A DNA stretch of 64,000 nucleotides, from positions 11,103 to 75,102 of the forward strand of contig JBAYIY010000007.1 in the NCBI GenBank assembly GCA_041665365.1. Reading direction: 5' to 3'. The DNA comes from Patescibacteria group bacterium (GTDB taxonomy: Bacteria; Patescibacteriota; Patescibacteriia; UBA9570). Below, one piece after another: positions 7,953 to 17,655 of this stretch (position 1 is its first letter; each line of letters begins with the position of its first letter). The notes under the pieces were generated by a model. It had not been told where the DNA came from. It saw nothing but the letters and a program-made list of their open reading frames with translations, and did no database searches. The position numbers and the translations under genes were made by a program.

Positions 7953-9764
7953 TTACTCAATCCCTAACTCTTTGCGGCGTTGGGCACTTTTATCTAAAGT
8001 CATTTTGCGCATGCGAATATTTTTTGGGGTTACTTCCACCAGTTCATCATCACCAATATATTCGAGTGAAGCATCTAAATCCATGATACGAGGGGCTTTG
8101 AAATGTTCATCAGTCCCATCACCTTTAGACCGCATGTTGGATAGCTGTTTGGCTTTGCAGATATTTACACTTAAATCAGCGGATCGGGCGTGTTGACCAA
8201 CCACTTGGCCTTTATAGACCTCAATGCCGGGACCAATAAACATAACACCACGATCTTGCACATTGCGTAAACCATACAAATTACTCTGGCCGGTTTCGTG
8301 TGCTACCAGTGAACCTTGATCGCGTTCTTTCCAGGCACCCGGGTCAGGCATGTATTTATAAAACATCGTATTCATAATACCCAAACCGCGCGTATCGGTT
8401 AAAAACTCATTGCGGTAGCCGAACAAACCGCGAGTGGGAATAATAAATTCTATGTAAACAATACCGTTATCAGACGTCATGTTTTGCATCTCACCATGGC
8501 GGCTGCCTAATTTTTGAATGACCGCACCCGAGTAGGCTTCAGGCACTTCGATAAAGATTTGATCATACGGCACCATTTTTTTACCGTCTATTTCTTTCAC
8601 AATTACTTGAGGGCGAGACACTTGTAATTCATAACCCTCGCGGCGTAAACGTTCGATCAAGATAGCTAAATGCAATTCACCACGACCACATACAACCCAA
8701 TTACTTTGCGGTCCATCGGTCACACGTAAGGCAGTATCAGTTTCCAATTCTTTAAAAAGCCTTTCCCGAATTTGGCGCGAGGTAGTAAAGTCACCTTCTT
8801 TACCAGCGAAAGGGGAATCATTCACCGAAAAAGTCATCTTCACAGTTGGCTCTTCGATTGTTAAGAGGGGAAGAGCAATCGGATTTTCCGGATCAGCAAT
8901 TGTTTCACCGATATTGGCTTCAGGTACACCGGCCAGAGCTACAATATCACCCGCGGTGGCTGTTTCAACTTCCGTGCGTCCTAAACCGGAGAAGGCCATA
9001 ATAGAAGTGAGCTTCAAAGTTTTTTGCACTCCTTTACGGTCGATATGAACCACATTTTGGCCGGCGGTTAATTTACCATTATAGATGCGACCAGTGGCGA
9101 TTCTACCTTTAAAACTATCGGCGGTTAAGGTAGTGACTAACAATTGTAATGGTTTAGCTGGATCACCAGTTGGTTCAGGAATATATTTTATAATCGCATC
9201 AAATATTGGGGTGATATCGGTCATGTCTTCCAACTTTGGTTCTAAACCCGCTTTGCCCATTTTAGCGGCCGCATACAAAATCGGGAAATCAGCCGTGGCA
9301 TCATCGGCGCCTAATTCTATAAACAAATCAAAGGTGCGGTTGAGTACTTCATTTATACGCGCATCTGGCTTATCAATTTTATTGATCACCACAATCACTT
9401 TTAGCTTCATTTCTAAGGCTTTACGCAACACAAACCGAGTTTGCGGCATGGGGCCTTCTTTAGCATCGATCAACAACAAACAGCCATTGGCCATTTGTAA
9501 GACGCGTTCGACTTCACCACCAAAATCTGAGTGGCCGGGGGTATCAATAATGTTGATTTTAGTATCATTATACTGAACCGAAGCGTTTTTGGAGAAAATC
9601 GTAATACCTCGTTCCTTTTCGAGATCATTACTATCCATGATTAACTCGGCGCCGGTTTGTTCCTTATTTAGGAAAGTTTTAGATTGGCGCAATAAAGCAT
9701 CGACCAAAGTAGTTTTACCATGGTCAACGTGAGCAATAATAGCAACGTTTCGTAGATTTGACAT
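7953..9764 (-). CDS. typA: translational GTPase TypA/BipA
   Basis: 603 aa; N-terminus NVAIIAHVDHGKTTLVDALL, DTPGHSDFGGEVER, NKIDK; full-length EF-G-like architecture typical of BipA. Confidence 0.95.
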   Translation of the reverse strand: MSNLRNVAIIAHVDHGKTTLVDALLRQSKTFLNKEQTGAELIMDSNDLEKERGITIFSKNASVQYNDTKINIIDTPGHSDFGGEVERVLQMANGCLLLIDAKEGPMPQTRFVLRKALEMKLKVIVVINKIDKPDARINEVLNRTFDLFIELGADDATADFPILYAAAKMGKAGLEPKLEDMTDITPIFDAIIKYIPEPTGDPAKPLQLLVTTLTADSFKGRIATGRIYNGKLTAGQNVVHIDRKGVQKTLKLTSIMAFSGLGRTEVETATAGDIVALAGVPEANIGETIADPENPIALPLLTIEEPTVKMTFSVNDSPFAGKEGDFTTSRQIRERLFKELETDTALRVTDGPQSNWVVCGRGELHLAILIERLRREGYELQVSRPQVIVKEIDGKKMVPYDQIFIEVPEAYSGAVIQKLGSRHGEMQNMTSDNGIVYIEFIIPTRGLFGYRNEFLTDTRGLGIMNTMFYKYMPDPGAWKERDQGSLVAHETGQSNLYGLRNVQDRGVMFIGPGIEVYKGQVVGQHARSADLSVNICKAKQLSNMRSKGDGTDEHFKAPRIMDLDASLEYIGDDELVEVTPKNIRMRKMTLDKSAQRRKELGIE

Positions 9765-9772
9765 AAGGCAAG

Positions 9773-9801
9773 AGTATAATAGGTTACCTTAATGTCGTCA
9801 A
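9773..9801 (-). promoter_or_regulatory. sigma70-type promoter for typA (TTGACG-17 nt-TATACT on the minus strand)
   Basis: Reverse complement of 9773-9801 reads TTGACGacattaaggtaacctatTATACT, immediately upstream of the typA start. Confidence 0.55.
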
Positions 9802-9823
9802 GTTTTTGACAGTTTTTGTTCTG

Positions 9824-12800
9824 TTATTGTTGTCCCATCAATGCACCCATATCTACTCCAGAGATTCTGACTAGTAATGGTAGTAGTTTTTGCAACTCAG
9901 GTATGCGATAAATGTCTTCAGGTTTTTCGGTAACTAAGGCCGCCATTACTTGTCTTTGTAAACGTTGTTGTAAGGCTTCAAAATTACCACCACTTGAGGC
10001 TAGGGCTTTGATTAAATAGTGAAAGTTTTTATCTGGTGTGCTATGTGGTACGCGCATAATACTGCCCACGAGATCTTTAAATAAATCAGCCGTCGTGGCA
10101 TTATCTCGTAATGCCTTATCAATTACTTCTTGCCAAGTTGCAATAGAACTTCTTTGGCCGGTATATTCATGTACAATTCTTGCCACAGGTTCAGTTTCAC
10201 TGCGCAGGCCTTGTTTAATTAAAATTAATTGTACTGTGAATTCAAGAAAATCTTGCTTCATTTTAGTTGTTTCGCACCGTCCGACACTGCCAGCGTCAAT
10301 TAAACCATAACGTTCATGACCCGGACGCAGATCAACAATACTATTGCCGGCATGAGGGTCGGCATGAAAAATTCCATCATCAGCCACTTGATACAACCAA
10401 TCAATGGCGGCACCGGCTTGAGCCGCTTCAACATCAAAAGTCATATATGGTTCAAGTTCTTTATCAGTTGTACCGGCTGTTTGCAGGCGAATAATCTCAG
10501 CCATAGATAAACCTTCATAAAATTCCTCAACAATCAACTGAATGCGTTGAGCCTCACCCTCACCGCGTTCACGTAAATACAATACCTGCGGCACGGACAC
10601 TGGTAAAGCTAACTTACCGACCTGAATTGTGGCACCACGTTTACGTATTTGCTGACCCAAATCACGGGCGGCGGATGCTTCTTTACCGAAATCAAGCTCA
10701 TCGGTCACTAGTTGGCGTATTTCCGGTACAAACCAATCTGGAATGTTATAACCTTCATGCTGTAAGGCAATAACAACACCATCCAGTACAGTCATATCTT
10801 CCGTAAAATTGCGCGCTGTGTTTGGTCGTTCCACTTTAAAAGCCACCGGTTCACCTTTAGCTGTGGTAGCCTTATGCACTTGTTTAATTGAAGCACTGCC
10901 TCTGCATTCACCAATTTCAGTTAGTTGCACACCGTCAGGACGCGCTTGAAATAACTGAGCGGTTCGAGCATAAGCAAAGACACCTCTTTTATTAAACGGT
11001 GCGCATTTATCTCGTAAGTTTCCTAAATCGGTGCGGATGGTTTCATCGCTAATCAAATCAGGCCGTTCTGATAACACCTGACCAACTTTTACACCCACCA
11101 CGCCTAAACCCTGCAGCACCATACGCAAAGCTTCACCGGGGCGTAACTTTGTTTCACGAATTTTTACTTCGCGTAATTCTTCCAAAAGGTTAACCAAGAA
11201 TTCTACGCGGCGCGCTGGTGAATAACCGGACATGACTTCCTGAAAAATAATTTTACCAATGGTTTGCAGTGGGGGATTATCGGCTAAAGCTTCCATGAAG
11301 ACTAATTCAAAAGTATCTTGAGAAAATTTTTGTAGAGCTTCTTTATCTGGTGTGTGGTTATGACCAACATAAATTGAAAAGGGAGCCACTTCACAGATGC
11401 CACCTTCACCCAATAACGCTGAATAAAAAATGGTACGGCGTTCTTCGGAACTTAACGCCCAAAAGGCGGTGACTTTATCTTGCTCATTAATGTTAAAAGT
11501 TTTACTGGCTAAATAGCGATCATCTGGTAGATCACCACCTAACAACCATAATAAAACCTCAGCCCGTTTGCTTCGATCACTGAACATGGCTAAATAATGT
11601 TTCATTGTTTCGGTAGCGGCAAAAGTCGGTGGTTCACCCGGTGGAAAATCTCCTGGATGATTAGCTTGATAGCGATAGGTTAAACGTTCTAACTCACTAC
11701 ATTGCACTTCGGTGGTGGCTAAGTCTGTCATGAGCGCAAACAAGATTGAATCACGATGATGAGTAGCCTTAGGGAAGCGTATTAATACGTGATCCAATAC
11801 AGCATGAAAGGCTTTATCATTCGCGGCCGCCACCATGGCAGGTAACGGTTCAGCTACATTGCCAAGTGTGGCGACACTGGCTTGGTGGTAATCAACGCGT
11901 AAATGATCAATTTCTAAATCAACGGCTTGACGTTCATACATTTCGCGCAAACCTCCCGTCAGAGACACCGCTGTATCCGTTAAGAAATCCGCGATGATTT
12001 TTTTTTGCGGCACGGAAATAAGATCACCCAAGCGTACTAAACCACTCACTTGAACGCTGGGGTATTTATCCATGTACGCATCTTCAACTATATTGGCACC
12101 AGCTACAACAAAATGATCACGCAAACTAATTGTGCGAGACGCTAAACGAATATTCGCTTTGGCCAGTTGATCCGGCGAACAAAACTTATTAACCACTTGC
12201 CACAATTCATGTTGGGCCAACACATGTAAAAAATAATCGCGAAACATACTTGGTTCGGGCATTAATTCCAGCACGTGAGCTCGAGCAGCCTTAAGTGTGT
12301 CTGGTGCTGACTCCACTCGTTCTAGTTCTGGCAGTAATACTCGTGCTGCATATTTAGCTTTATACATCGGGTCAAGCATAGTTTCGCCCTTATCAGTGCG
12401 TTCAACCGTATCGGAAAACAACAGTAACTCCGCACTGGTTGGGTAAGCCTCCGCGGCAACTTTTTGTTCTTGTTTAAGTTCCCTATGACGCTGTGTCCAA
12501 ACTTTATCACTTACGCTACGGTATTCATATGGATGAGAAGAAGTGTCCCAAGTATGTTTACGTACATTTTCAGCTTCATCCTCCGTTATTTTACCACGAT
12601 CTAATAACCATTTCAGTTTCCAGGCAATACCCGCTGCTGTACCTTCGAAATAGTTGGTTTTAACATACCCATTCACCACATCAGCTGAGCGGTTTACTTC
12701 GGCACCATCACCCAGCTCGGCTTTCATTAAAGCCATGAGTTGTTCAAGTTCAGCTGGTGTGCTGCCGAGACGATCAGCTCTTAACGCCAAACAAAAGTTA

Positions 12801-14179
12801 CGGTAAAAACCTGGCTTGAGTTGTTGCATTTTTTCTAAAGCATCTGGTTCTTGAACAACGGCTTCTAGAATGTGCTTCAGTCTTAATACACGGTTTTTCC
12901 AAAACCACTCTTTGGCCTGTTCTACGACATGTTCAAATGCGGGAGGCGGTGGAAGGTTATTTGGAATATCTTCAATACCATGTTTGTTGATATGTATGTT
13001 TTTAGCAATGGCGCGAGAAGTGATATATCCTTTTGGTGCATCTCGTATTATATCTACCGGATTATCTGGAATATATGGAAAAGCTTCTTTTACACTGACC
13101 GCTAAATCTGCTACGGCCGCTACATCAAAATCACCGCTGGCAACATAGAGCCTAATTAGCGTATCATCATTTATTCCAGCCTCAGCATATTGGGCTTTTA
13201 ATCGATCAGGCGTGAAACATAGTTTATGTAATAATAAAGGCCAAGATAAACGTTTATCTTGATTTTGAGCATCATCAGTAGTGACTAAACTAGTCGGTAA
13301 CAGGTGCAAAATATCTTCCTGGCAAACTCTAGCGTGTTCACTTAACAATGGATTAGCGATTAACCATTGTAGTTCGGCATAATGTTTTGTAAGAACCCGT
13401 AAGTGTTCTGGTGCTTCGGTTTGCCACCGTTTACCCCGTACACCAATAGCTGCTTCCATTAATGGCATCAGCGCAATTAACTCTTCACGACAAGTGTCAG
13501 GATTTTTTGTGTACTCATTGATCAAACCAAGTACATATGGTAAGGCTCCATCTGCTAACTGTAACGCGGCCGTTTCTTGACGAGTTGGTTTCATAGCAAA
13601 CTCGTTATTACGTTCCATTTGCTGAAAACGTTCAACTATAGTAGTGGTGTGTGGTGAACGTTCTTTTTGCAAGGTGCGGACAGTTTCTTTAATATTATGT
13701 TTAGAGAAATATGCCCTAAATAAGGTAATCGTATAACCAAGCTCGGGCGGTGTAGCGGCAATAAAACGTAACATTGGTAGCTCGGGATGCTCTGTGGCGT
13801 GAGTTTGACACCAGTTCTGTAAATGAAGATAGCCATTACCCATTTCTATAAAATCATTACTTTGTAATTGGGTAGTTAACTTTTGATAATTAGCTGGTGG
13901 CCAAACGTGTATTAAATCACGTATGGCATATTCAACTAAACGTTGCCACTGGGCTAATTCAATATCTCTGTTAGCATATCTTCTAGATTCATAAAAACCG
14001 TTCAGGCGACTATCAAAATTATAATCAGTGTATTCACGTTCATCGCTGGTCGTTAAATAGGCTGTTGTGTTATCTCCATAATAACGAGAAGGTATGGGTA
14101 GATCTTGTCCGAATACAACTCGAGCCGAGTGTAATCTATCATGATCGGTTGTATTAATACTATTACCTAGCTTCGTCAT
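9824..14179 (-). CDS. giant (1451-aa) multidomain protein with a C-terminal UbiB/ABC1 (ADCK)-type atypical protein-kinase-like domain
   Basis: Motifs VKVGQVLSERPDL (KxGQ), SASIKQVHKA...VAFKVERP, FHADPHAGNSIV, LIDAGSVG (DFG-like); about 1000 aa of N-terminal sequence without recognisable domains. Confidence 0.6.
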   Translation of the reverse strand: MTKLGNSINTTDHDRLHSARVVFGQDLPIPSRYYGDNTTAYLTTSDEREYTDYNFDSRLNGFYESRRYANRDIELAQWQRLVEYAIRDLIHVWPPANYQKLTTQLQSNDFIEMGNGYLHLQNWCQTHATEHPELPMLRFIAATPPELGYTITLFRAYFSKHNIKETVRTLQKERSPHTTTIVERFQQMERNNEFAMKPTRQETAALQLADGALPYVLGLINEYTKNPDTCREELIALMPLMEAAIGVRGKRWQTEAPEHLRVLTKHYAELQWLIANPLLSEHARVCQEDILHLLPTSLVTTDDAQNQDKRLSWPLLLHKLCFTPDRLKAQYAEAGINDDTLIRLYVASGDFDVAAVADLAVSVKEAFPYIPDNPVDIIRDAPKGYITSRAIAKNIHINKHGIEDIPNNLPPPPAFEHVVEQAKEWFWKNRVLRLKHILEAVVQEPDALEKMQQLKPGFYRNFCLALRADRLGSTPAELEQLMALMKAELGDGAEVNRSADVVNGYVKTNYFEGTAAGIAWKLKWLLDRGKITEDEAENVRKHTWDTSSHPYEYRSVSDKVWTQRHRELKQEQKVAAEAYPTSAELLLFSDTVERTDKGETMLDPMYKAKYAARVLLPELERVESAPDTLKAARAHVLELMPEPSMFRDYFLHVLAQHELWQVVNKFCSPDQLAKANIRLASRTISLRDHFVVAGANIVEDAYMDKYPSVQVSGLVRLGDLISVPQKKIIADFLTDTAVSLTGGLREMYERQAVDLEIDHLRVDYHQASVATLGNVAEPLPAMVAAANDKAFHAVLDHVLIRFPKATHHRDSILFALMTDLATTEVQCSELERLTYRYQANHPGDFPPGEPPTFAATETMKHYLAMFSDRSKRAEVLLWLLGGDLPDDRYLASKTFNINEQDKVTAFWALSSEERRTIFYSALLGEGGICEVAPFSIYVGHNHTPDKEALQKFSQDTFELVFMEALADNPPLQTIGKIIFQEVMSGYSPARRVEFLVNLLEELREVKIRETKLRPGEALRMVLQGLGVVGVKVGQVLSERPDLISDETIRTDLGNLRDKCAPFNKRGVFAYARTAQLFQARPDGVQLTEIGECRGSASIKQVHKATTAKGEPVAFKVERPNTARNFTEDMTVLDGVVIALQHEGYNIPDWFVPEIRQLVTDELDFGKEASAARDLGQQIRKRGATIQVGKLALPVSVPQVLYLRERGEGEAQRIQLIVEEFYEGLSMAEIIRLQTAGTTDKELEPYMTFDVEAAQAGAAIDWLYQVADDGIFHADPHAGNSIVDLRPGHERYGLIDAGSVGRCETTKMKQDFLEFTVQLILIKQGLRSETEPVARIVHEYTGQRSSIATWQEVIDKALRDNATTADLFKDLVGSIMRVPHSTPDKNFHYLIKALASSGGNFEALQQRLQRQVMAALVTEKPEDIYRIPELQKLLPLLVRISGVDMGALMGQQ

Positions 14180-16292
14180 AGAAATTTATTTCGATGGGTC
14201 GACCACTGGCATCAGTAAACAAATCTCTCAATTCAGTTGCATCTTCGGCCACACCGGCGGCATACAATTCAGTCGCCAGACGATTCAATGGTCTTTGTAA
14301 TTCAGTCTCGTCAATGGTTGTTAAGTTTGATGGTTTTTTAAAAAAACGCGACATCAACCCAGCCAACCCGGTTGGCTTGTCCAACTCAACCAGAAAGTAA
14401 TTTTCGGGCAAACCAAGTTGCTCAGCCTTGTCTCTTAAAATGTTTACTATTTCTTGCAACCAGGCCGGCCGATTTGGTTCACTAAGGTTAATGCGTAAAC
14501 CTTCTTCCAACCACCGTTTAAACAAAACCCGTTTGATGTCTTTTTGATGAAAAAACGGTGGTTTATATACTGTTCCGGCCACAGTAGCCATGTGGGTTGA
14601 AGGTTTTTCTGGAATACCCCGAGCTAATTGCTGAATATAGGGGTGGTTCTGTAAAGTTTGTACAGTGCGCATGGCTGCCCCAATTTTACCGTGGTCTTGC
14701 GCGTGAATATTCAAACCTAGCGCACCGGTCATTACTTCAAGTAATGGTTTATGTAAATTATTAAAACGATCTACATAATCAAGGCGATCCCCTCGTGTAA
14801 AAGGTAGGTCACTTTGGGCATGTGTATAATCATACACCGGTAAAGTACGCATGACTGTTGGTACAACTTTCCACTGCTGCAAATCTTTTAAATCATCGAA
14901 TAGAATAACATCATGGGCAAATTTTGGATAAATAGTATCATGGGTGGCGCGGCGAAATAGCTCATCTTTAACGGTTTGTGTAACTGTAGTAACTCGTTCA
15001 CCTGTGACGTGTTCAATATGGTCTGGTGTAATAACCGCATCAAAATGATGTCGTAATAATTTTTGTAAACGTTGGTAAATTTTACCAAATCTGGTTTTGG
15101 ATAATCTTGTACCAGAACCAATCATGGCAGCATGTTGAAAAGGCTGAAAAGTTGATTCAAAAGAACGCGTCGGTGGTAATTGATACCCAGTGTTTATTGT
15201 AGCTGGTAGAGCTACTTGTTTTTCAGAGCGTGATAATCGCGCTTGTACAGTAGTGGCGAGTTCGGCTAACGATGATGGTATAGTTGGTAAGGCACTAGTC
15301 GTGATTGAATCAGTGGAAGTTTTGGGTGGTAACTCCTCGAGTAATTTTAAAGCGGCGTTTTTAAGGTCGATAGATTCTTGTCCGGTAAGTGTGTAGTGAA
15401 ATTCAAAACCGCGTAACCAGCGCTGGGCTAAATTAGCTATAAATGTGTCTTTATGTTGTTTAATCTTCGCTTTTTTATCAAAATGTGATTCTATTTTCCA
15501 GTATTTTAATGCGGCTGGATTAGTGTGATCAAATAGATCTTCCAATTTTGTAAATGGCTCAGTGGGTGGGAGTTCTGGAGGTACTAAAACAGCATGTTGA
15601 CGATGGAATTTAATCGCATCTGTCATTATAGTGCGATTAATACTGTCGGGATCATGCAATGTAGTATCTTCTGAAGTTGGGTTTTGGACTAAATCTTCTA
15701 AAACTTTACCGCGATAATCATTATCTGGTGAACGAGGTTGGGAAAACATTCTTGACTCAATGGCTAGTGGATTAATCAATGAACAATATAGACTTTCGCC
15801 CGATAAGGCTAAATTCGCTTCGTAAAGAATAGCGTTGTGATAACCGAATCGGTCATGTTCTAGTGCATCATACACGGCTGCCAGAGCAGTGCGCATATCA
15901 AGCTGTAATCGAAATACTTCTAAAGCCATTAAACCATCTCGAAAAGTGGCGCGAGGATTATTTTCTATATCATCGAGTATATTATTCCAATCTTCAGCAG
16001 TGCGAGCTACTTGTAATTGTTGTAACAGTTTTTCTCGAGCTAAATCTTTGGCGTCTTCTAGTGCCGCATCACTAAACAGTTGCTGCGGTTGATCGGCATT
16101 ATACACAATGCGTTCTGGGCGATGATACTCTTCTTCCAGTGCGGTTAAACGGTTCTGTGTGATGGGGTGAGTTTTTGTAAAATAATGTTCAATCACTTGT
16201 TTCCAGTTTGGGCGACCAGTGGCTTGCAGTAAGACACGTTGTAACTCAATGGCGGCTTGTGGATTATAGCCGGCTAAATCGGCGCCTTCCAT
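14163..16292 (-). CDS. large hypothetical protein (709 aa), co-directional with and overlapping the 1451-aa gene by 17 nt
   Basis: Long ORF, no recognisable motifs; upstream in-frame sequence IIGHELRHL lies between its ATG and the TAA of the preceding ORF. Confidence 0.5.
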   Translation of the reverse strand: MEGADLAGYNPQAAIELQRVLLQATGRPNWKQVIEHYFTKTHPITQNRLTALEEEYHRPERIVYNADQPQQLFSDAALEDAKDLAREKLLQQLQVARTAEDWNNILDDIENNPRATFRDGLMALEVFRLQLDMRTALAAVYDALEHDRFGYHNAILYEANLALSGESLYCSLINPLAIESRMFSQPRSPDNDYRGKVLEDLVQNPTSEDTTLHDPDSINRTIMTDAIKFHRQHAVLVPPELPPTEPFTKLEDLFDHTNPAALKYWKIESHFDKKAKIKQHKDTFIANLAQRWLRGFEFHYTLTGQESIDLKNAALKLLEELPPKTSTDSITTSALPTIPSSLAELATTVQARLSRSEKQVALPATINTGYQLPPTRSFESTFQPFQHAAMIGSGTRLSKTRFGKIYQRLQKLLRHHFDAVITPDHIEHVTGERVTTVTQTVKDELFRRATHDTIYPKFAHDVILFDDLKDLQQWKVVPTVMRTLPVYDYTHAQSDLPFTRGDRLDYVDRFNNLHKPLLEVMTGALGLNIHAQDHGKIGAAMRTVQTLQNHPYIQQLARGIPEKPSTHMATVAGTVYKPPFFHQKDIKRVLFKRWLEEGLRINLSEPNRPAWLQEIVNILRDKAEQLGLPENYFLVELDKPTGLAGLMSRFFKKPSNLTTIDETELQRPLNRLATELYAAGVAEDATELRDLFTDASGRPIEINFYDEAR

Positions 16293-16403
16293 GCCGGCTA
16301 AATCGGCATCATATTCAAAACGGACACTTTCATCAGTTGGTCTATCTGGTTTATCAGGTTGATATTTTTTTTGTTGGAGATGACGTAACTCATGTCCAAT
16401 AAT

Positions 16404-17069
16404 TTAAGCCAAATGATCTTTGGTAAAGACCTTTTTTTGTTCGACAAACATTTTATGCAACTGTGTAATGAACCCAATATTAACAAACACGTGCACTGGT
16501 TCGGTTGAAGGAACGGTGTAATCTTCATCTAATTTTTCAGTACGTAAAACATAAGCATTCATGTCTGTACTACGCGTTAACTCCAATAAAACTGGGCGCC
16601 GAAAACCCATCGCCTCAGACACATTGGCGACAATCTCACCAACTTCTTGATATATGACAGATTCACGTTGTTCAGCTTCTGTTAAAGTTTCAGTGGTCGT
16701 ACGTTTATATTCAAGTTGTAATCGTGTCCGCAAACGGCGGGTGGCTTCTTGTACAGGACGACGGCGTTCTAAAAACTCCTGGCGTTCCGGAACGGATTCA
16801 TCGCCATAATTAAGACGTTCACGATCAATCTCATAACGTAAGGCTCTAATCCACTCCACTGAGTGCGTGGGGTCTTTAAATTCTATTGTAGTTGAATCAC
16901 TTGTAGATTGTGTAAGTTGTTCCAGTGCGACACCGGCTAATTCACTAGTACGGGTATCAGACATCATCAGTCTGGTTAATATCAACAACGTGCGATCATC
17001 ACGCGAGAGCTCTAAAGTTAGTTCAGTACTCTCGCGTTGCTCGCCTCGTTTAGGTTTTATTTCAGGCAT
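16404..17069 (-). CDS. hypothetical protein (221 aa), in the same frame as the 709-aa ORF and separated from it by a single TAA
   Basis: ORF coordinates are in phase (37 sense codons between this ORF's stop at 16404-16406 and the ATG at 16290-16292). Confidence 0.45.
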   Translation of the reverse strand: MPEIKPKRGEQRESTELTLELSRDDRTLLILTRLMMSDTRTSELAGVALEQLTQSTSDSTTIEFKDPTHSVEWIRALRYEIDRERLNYGDESVPERQEFLERRRPVQEATRRLRTRLQLEYKRTTTETLTEAEQRESVIYQEVGEIVANVSEAMGFRRPVLLELTRSTDMNAYVLRTEKLDEDYTVPSTEPVHVFVNIGFITQLHKMFVEQKKVFTKDHLA

Positions 17070-17075
17070 GTGATG

Positions 17076-17651
17076 TTATACCAGATGCAACTTGTGTTCG
17101 ATTACCGTCACACGTTGATTGAGCTCGGTCACCTCAAACCGGTAAGCCACGTTGTCTTGGCGTAATTTAAGTTCATCCTGACCTTGTTCAAGATTAGATA
17201 ATCTATAATCAACTCGATCGAAGCGTTCATCGACCGAATCAAAACCCAGTTTAGTGGCCATGGCTAAATCATCTACCGTAGTAGTTAAATTATCCATTCT
17301 TGTGGATAAGCTATCTACTTTACCATCAACATGATCCACTTTAGTAGATAAACTATCAACCTTTGTATCTAAAATATCTGTTTTCGTCGATAAACCATCA
17401 ACTTTGGTATCTAAACTATCCATCCGTGTGGATAGAGTGTCAACTTTAGTGGTTAATTTATCCGTTCTCGTGGATAAACTATCTACAGTTTTAGTTAATC
17501 CATCCGTTTTTGTGGATGAAATACCAACTATATTAACTAAACTACTGACGATTGCTGTCAAACCGTCCATTTTGTCTGCTAGATTGTCTAGCGTGATTGT
17601 TTTCTTCATAAAGTGTTTCCCAATACTTTGGCGGCGCTTTTGTAAACACAC
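17076..17651 (-). CDS. coiled-coil protein with about 10 tandem 11-residue repeats (xKVDxLSTxxD)
   Basis: VDSLSTRTDKLTTKVDTLSTRMDSLDTKVDGLSTKTDILDTKVDSLSTKVDHVDGKVDSLSTRMDNLTTTVDDL; matching 33-bp periodicity in the DNA at 17290-17560. Confidence 0.55.
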   Translation of the reverse strand: MCLQKRRQSIGKHFMKKTITLDNLADKMDGLTAIVSSLVNIVGISSTKTDGLTKTVDSLSTRTDKLTTKVDTLSTRMDSLDTKVDGLSTKTDILDTKVDSLSTKVDHVDGKVDSLSTRMDNLTTTVDDLAMATKLGFDSVDERFDRVDYRLSNLEQGQDELKLRQDNVAYRFEVTELNQRVTVIEHKLHLV

Positions 17652-17655
17652 TAGC

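Noticed and set aside
7972-9576. Plus-strand ORFs inside typA (7972-8196, 9085-9576) and other short antisense ORFs listed in the track (for example 10038-10510, 12870-13148, 15190-15396, 18492-18826, 19294-19571, 20377-20635, 32875-32150, 35202-35810)
   Set aside because: They are antisense to confidently identified longer genes and have no supporting motifs.
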